Origin: Mytilus californianus | Taxonomy: Eukaryota | Assembly: GCF_021869535.1 (NCBI RefSeq) | Contig: NW_026262679.1 | Location: 48,546,001-48,610,000, forward strand | Length of the DNA: 64,000 bases | Direction of reading: 5' to 3' | Shown here: positions 63,914-64,000 of the stretch, piece by piece | Position numbering within the stretch: the first letter of the stretch is position 1 | How the letters are laid out: every line of letters starts with the position of its first letter | The notes under the pieces: generated by a model | What the model saw: the letters and a program-made list of their open reading frames with translations, nothing else | The model's database searches: none | What the model was told of the DNA's origin: nothing | Position numbers and translations under genes: made by a program

Positions 63914-64000
63914 CAATTCAGCAGGAGCGGCTTATTCCTCTGAGCAGTATGTTTTATAGTTACATGTACAGTATTGTGTGATTTTATATGGTTATGGTTT

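Overview
AT-rich animal genomic DNA with spliceosomal introns. The repeat landscape looks bivalve-like (Mytilus-like); this is an inference from recalled repeat motifs, not a database result. There are three recognisable protein genes. (1) A Toll-like receptor on the minus strand (127-2379; LRR-LRRCT-LRRNT-LRR-LRRCT-TM-TIR), with a probable 6-codon first exon near 6.6 kb. (2) A divergent multi-exon cdc25 phosphatase on the minus strand (about 16.2-25.4 kb). (3) A 10-exon GKAP1 orthologue on the plus strand (27273-39839), head-to-head with cdc25. Between the TLR and cdc25 is a nested mobile-element cluster (7.2-13.9 kb). It contains a roughly 440-bp tandem repeat joining a hammerhead-ribozyme-like motif to a tRNA-derived Pol III promoter, a deleted Ginger-type DNA transposon, and an inverted pair of Penelope-like retroelements with hammerheads at their 3' ends. 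About ten hammerhead-like motifs (intact or decayed, from several repeat families) occur in the window. The right-hand third holds MITEs and SINEs, a mosaic 1-2 kb tandem triplication and a possible decayed TLR relic. No prokaryotic features, CRISPR arrays, rRNA or bona fide tRNA genes were found. All calls are from manual reading; no searches were run.
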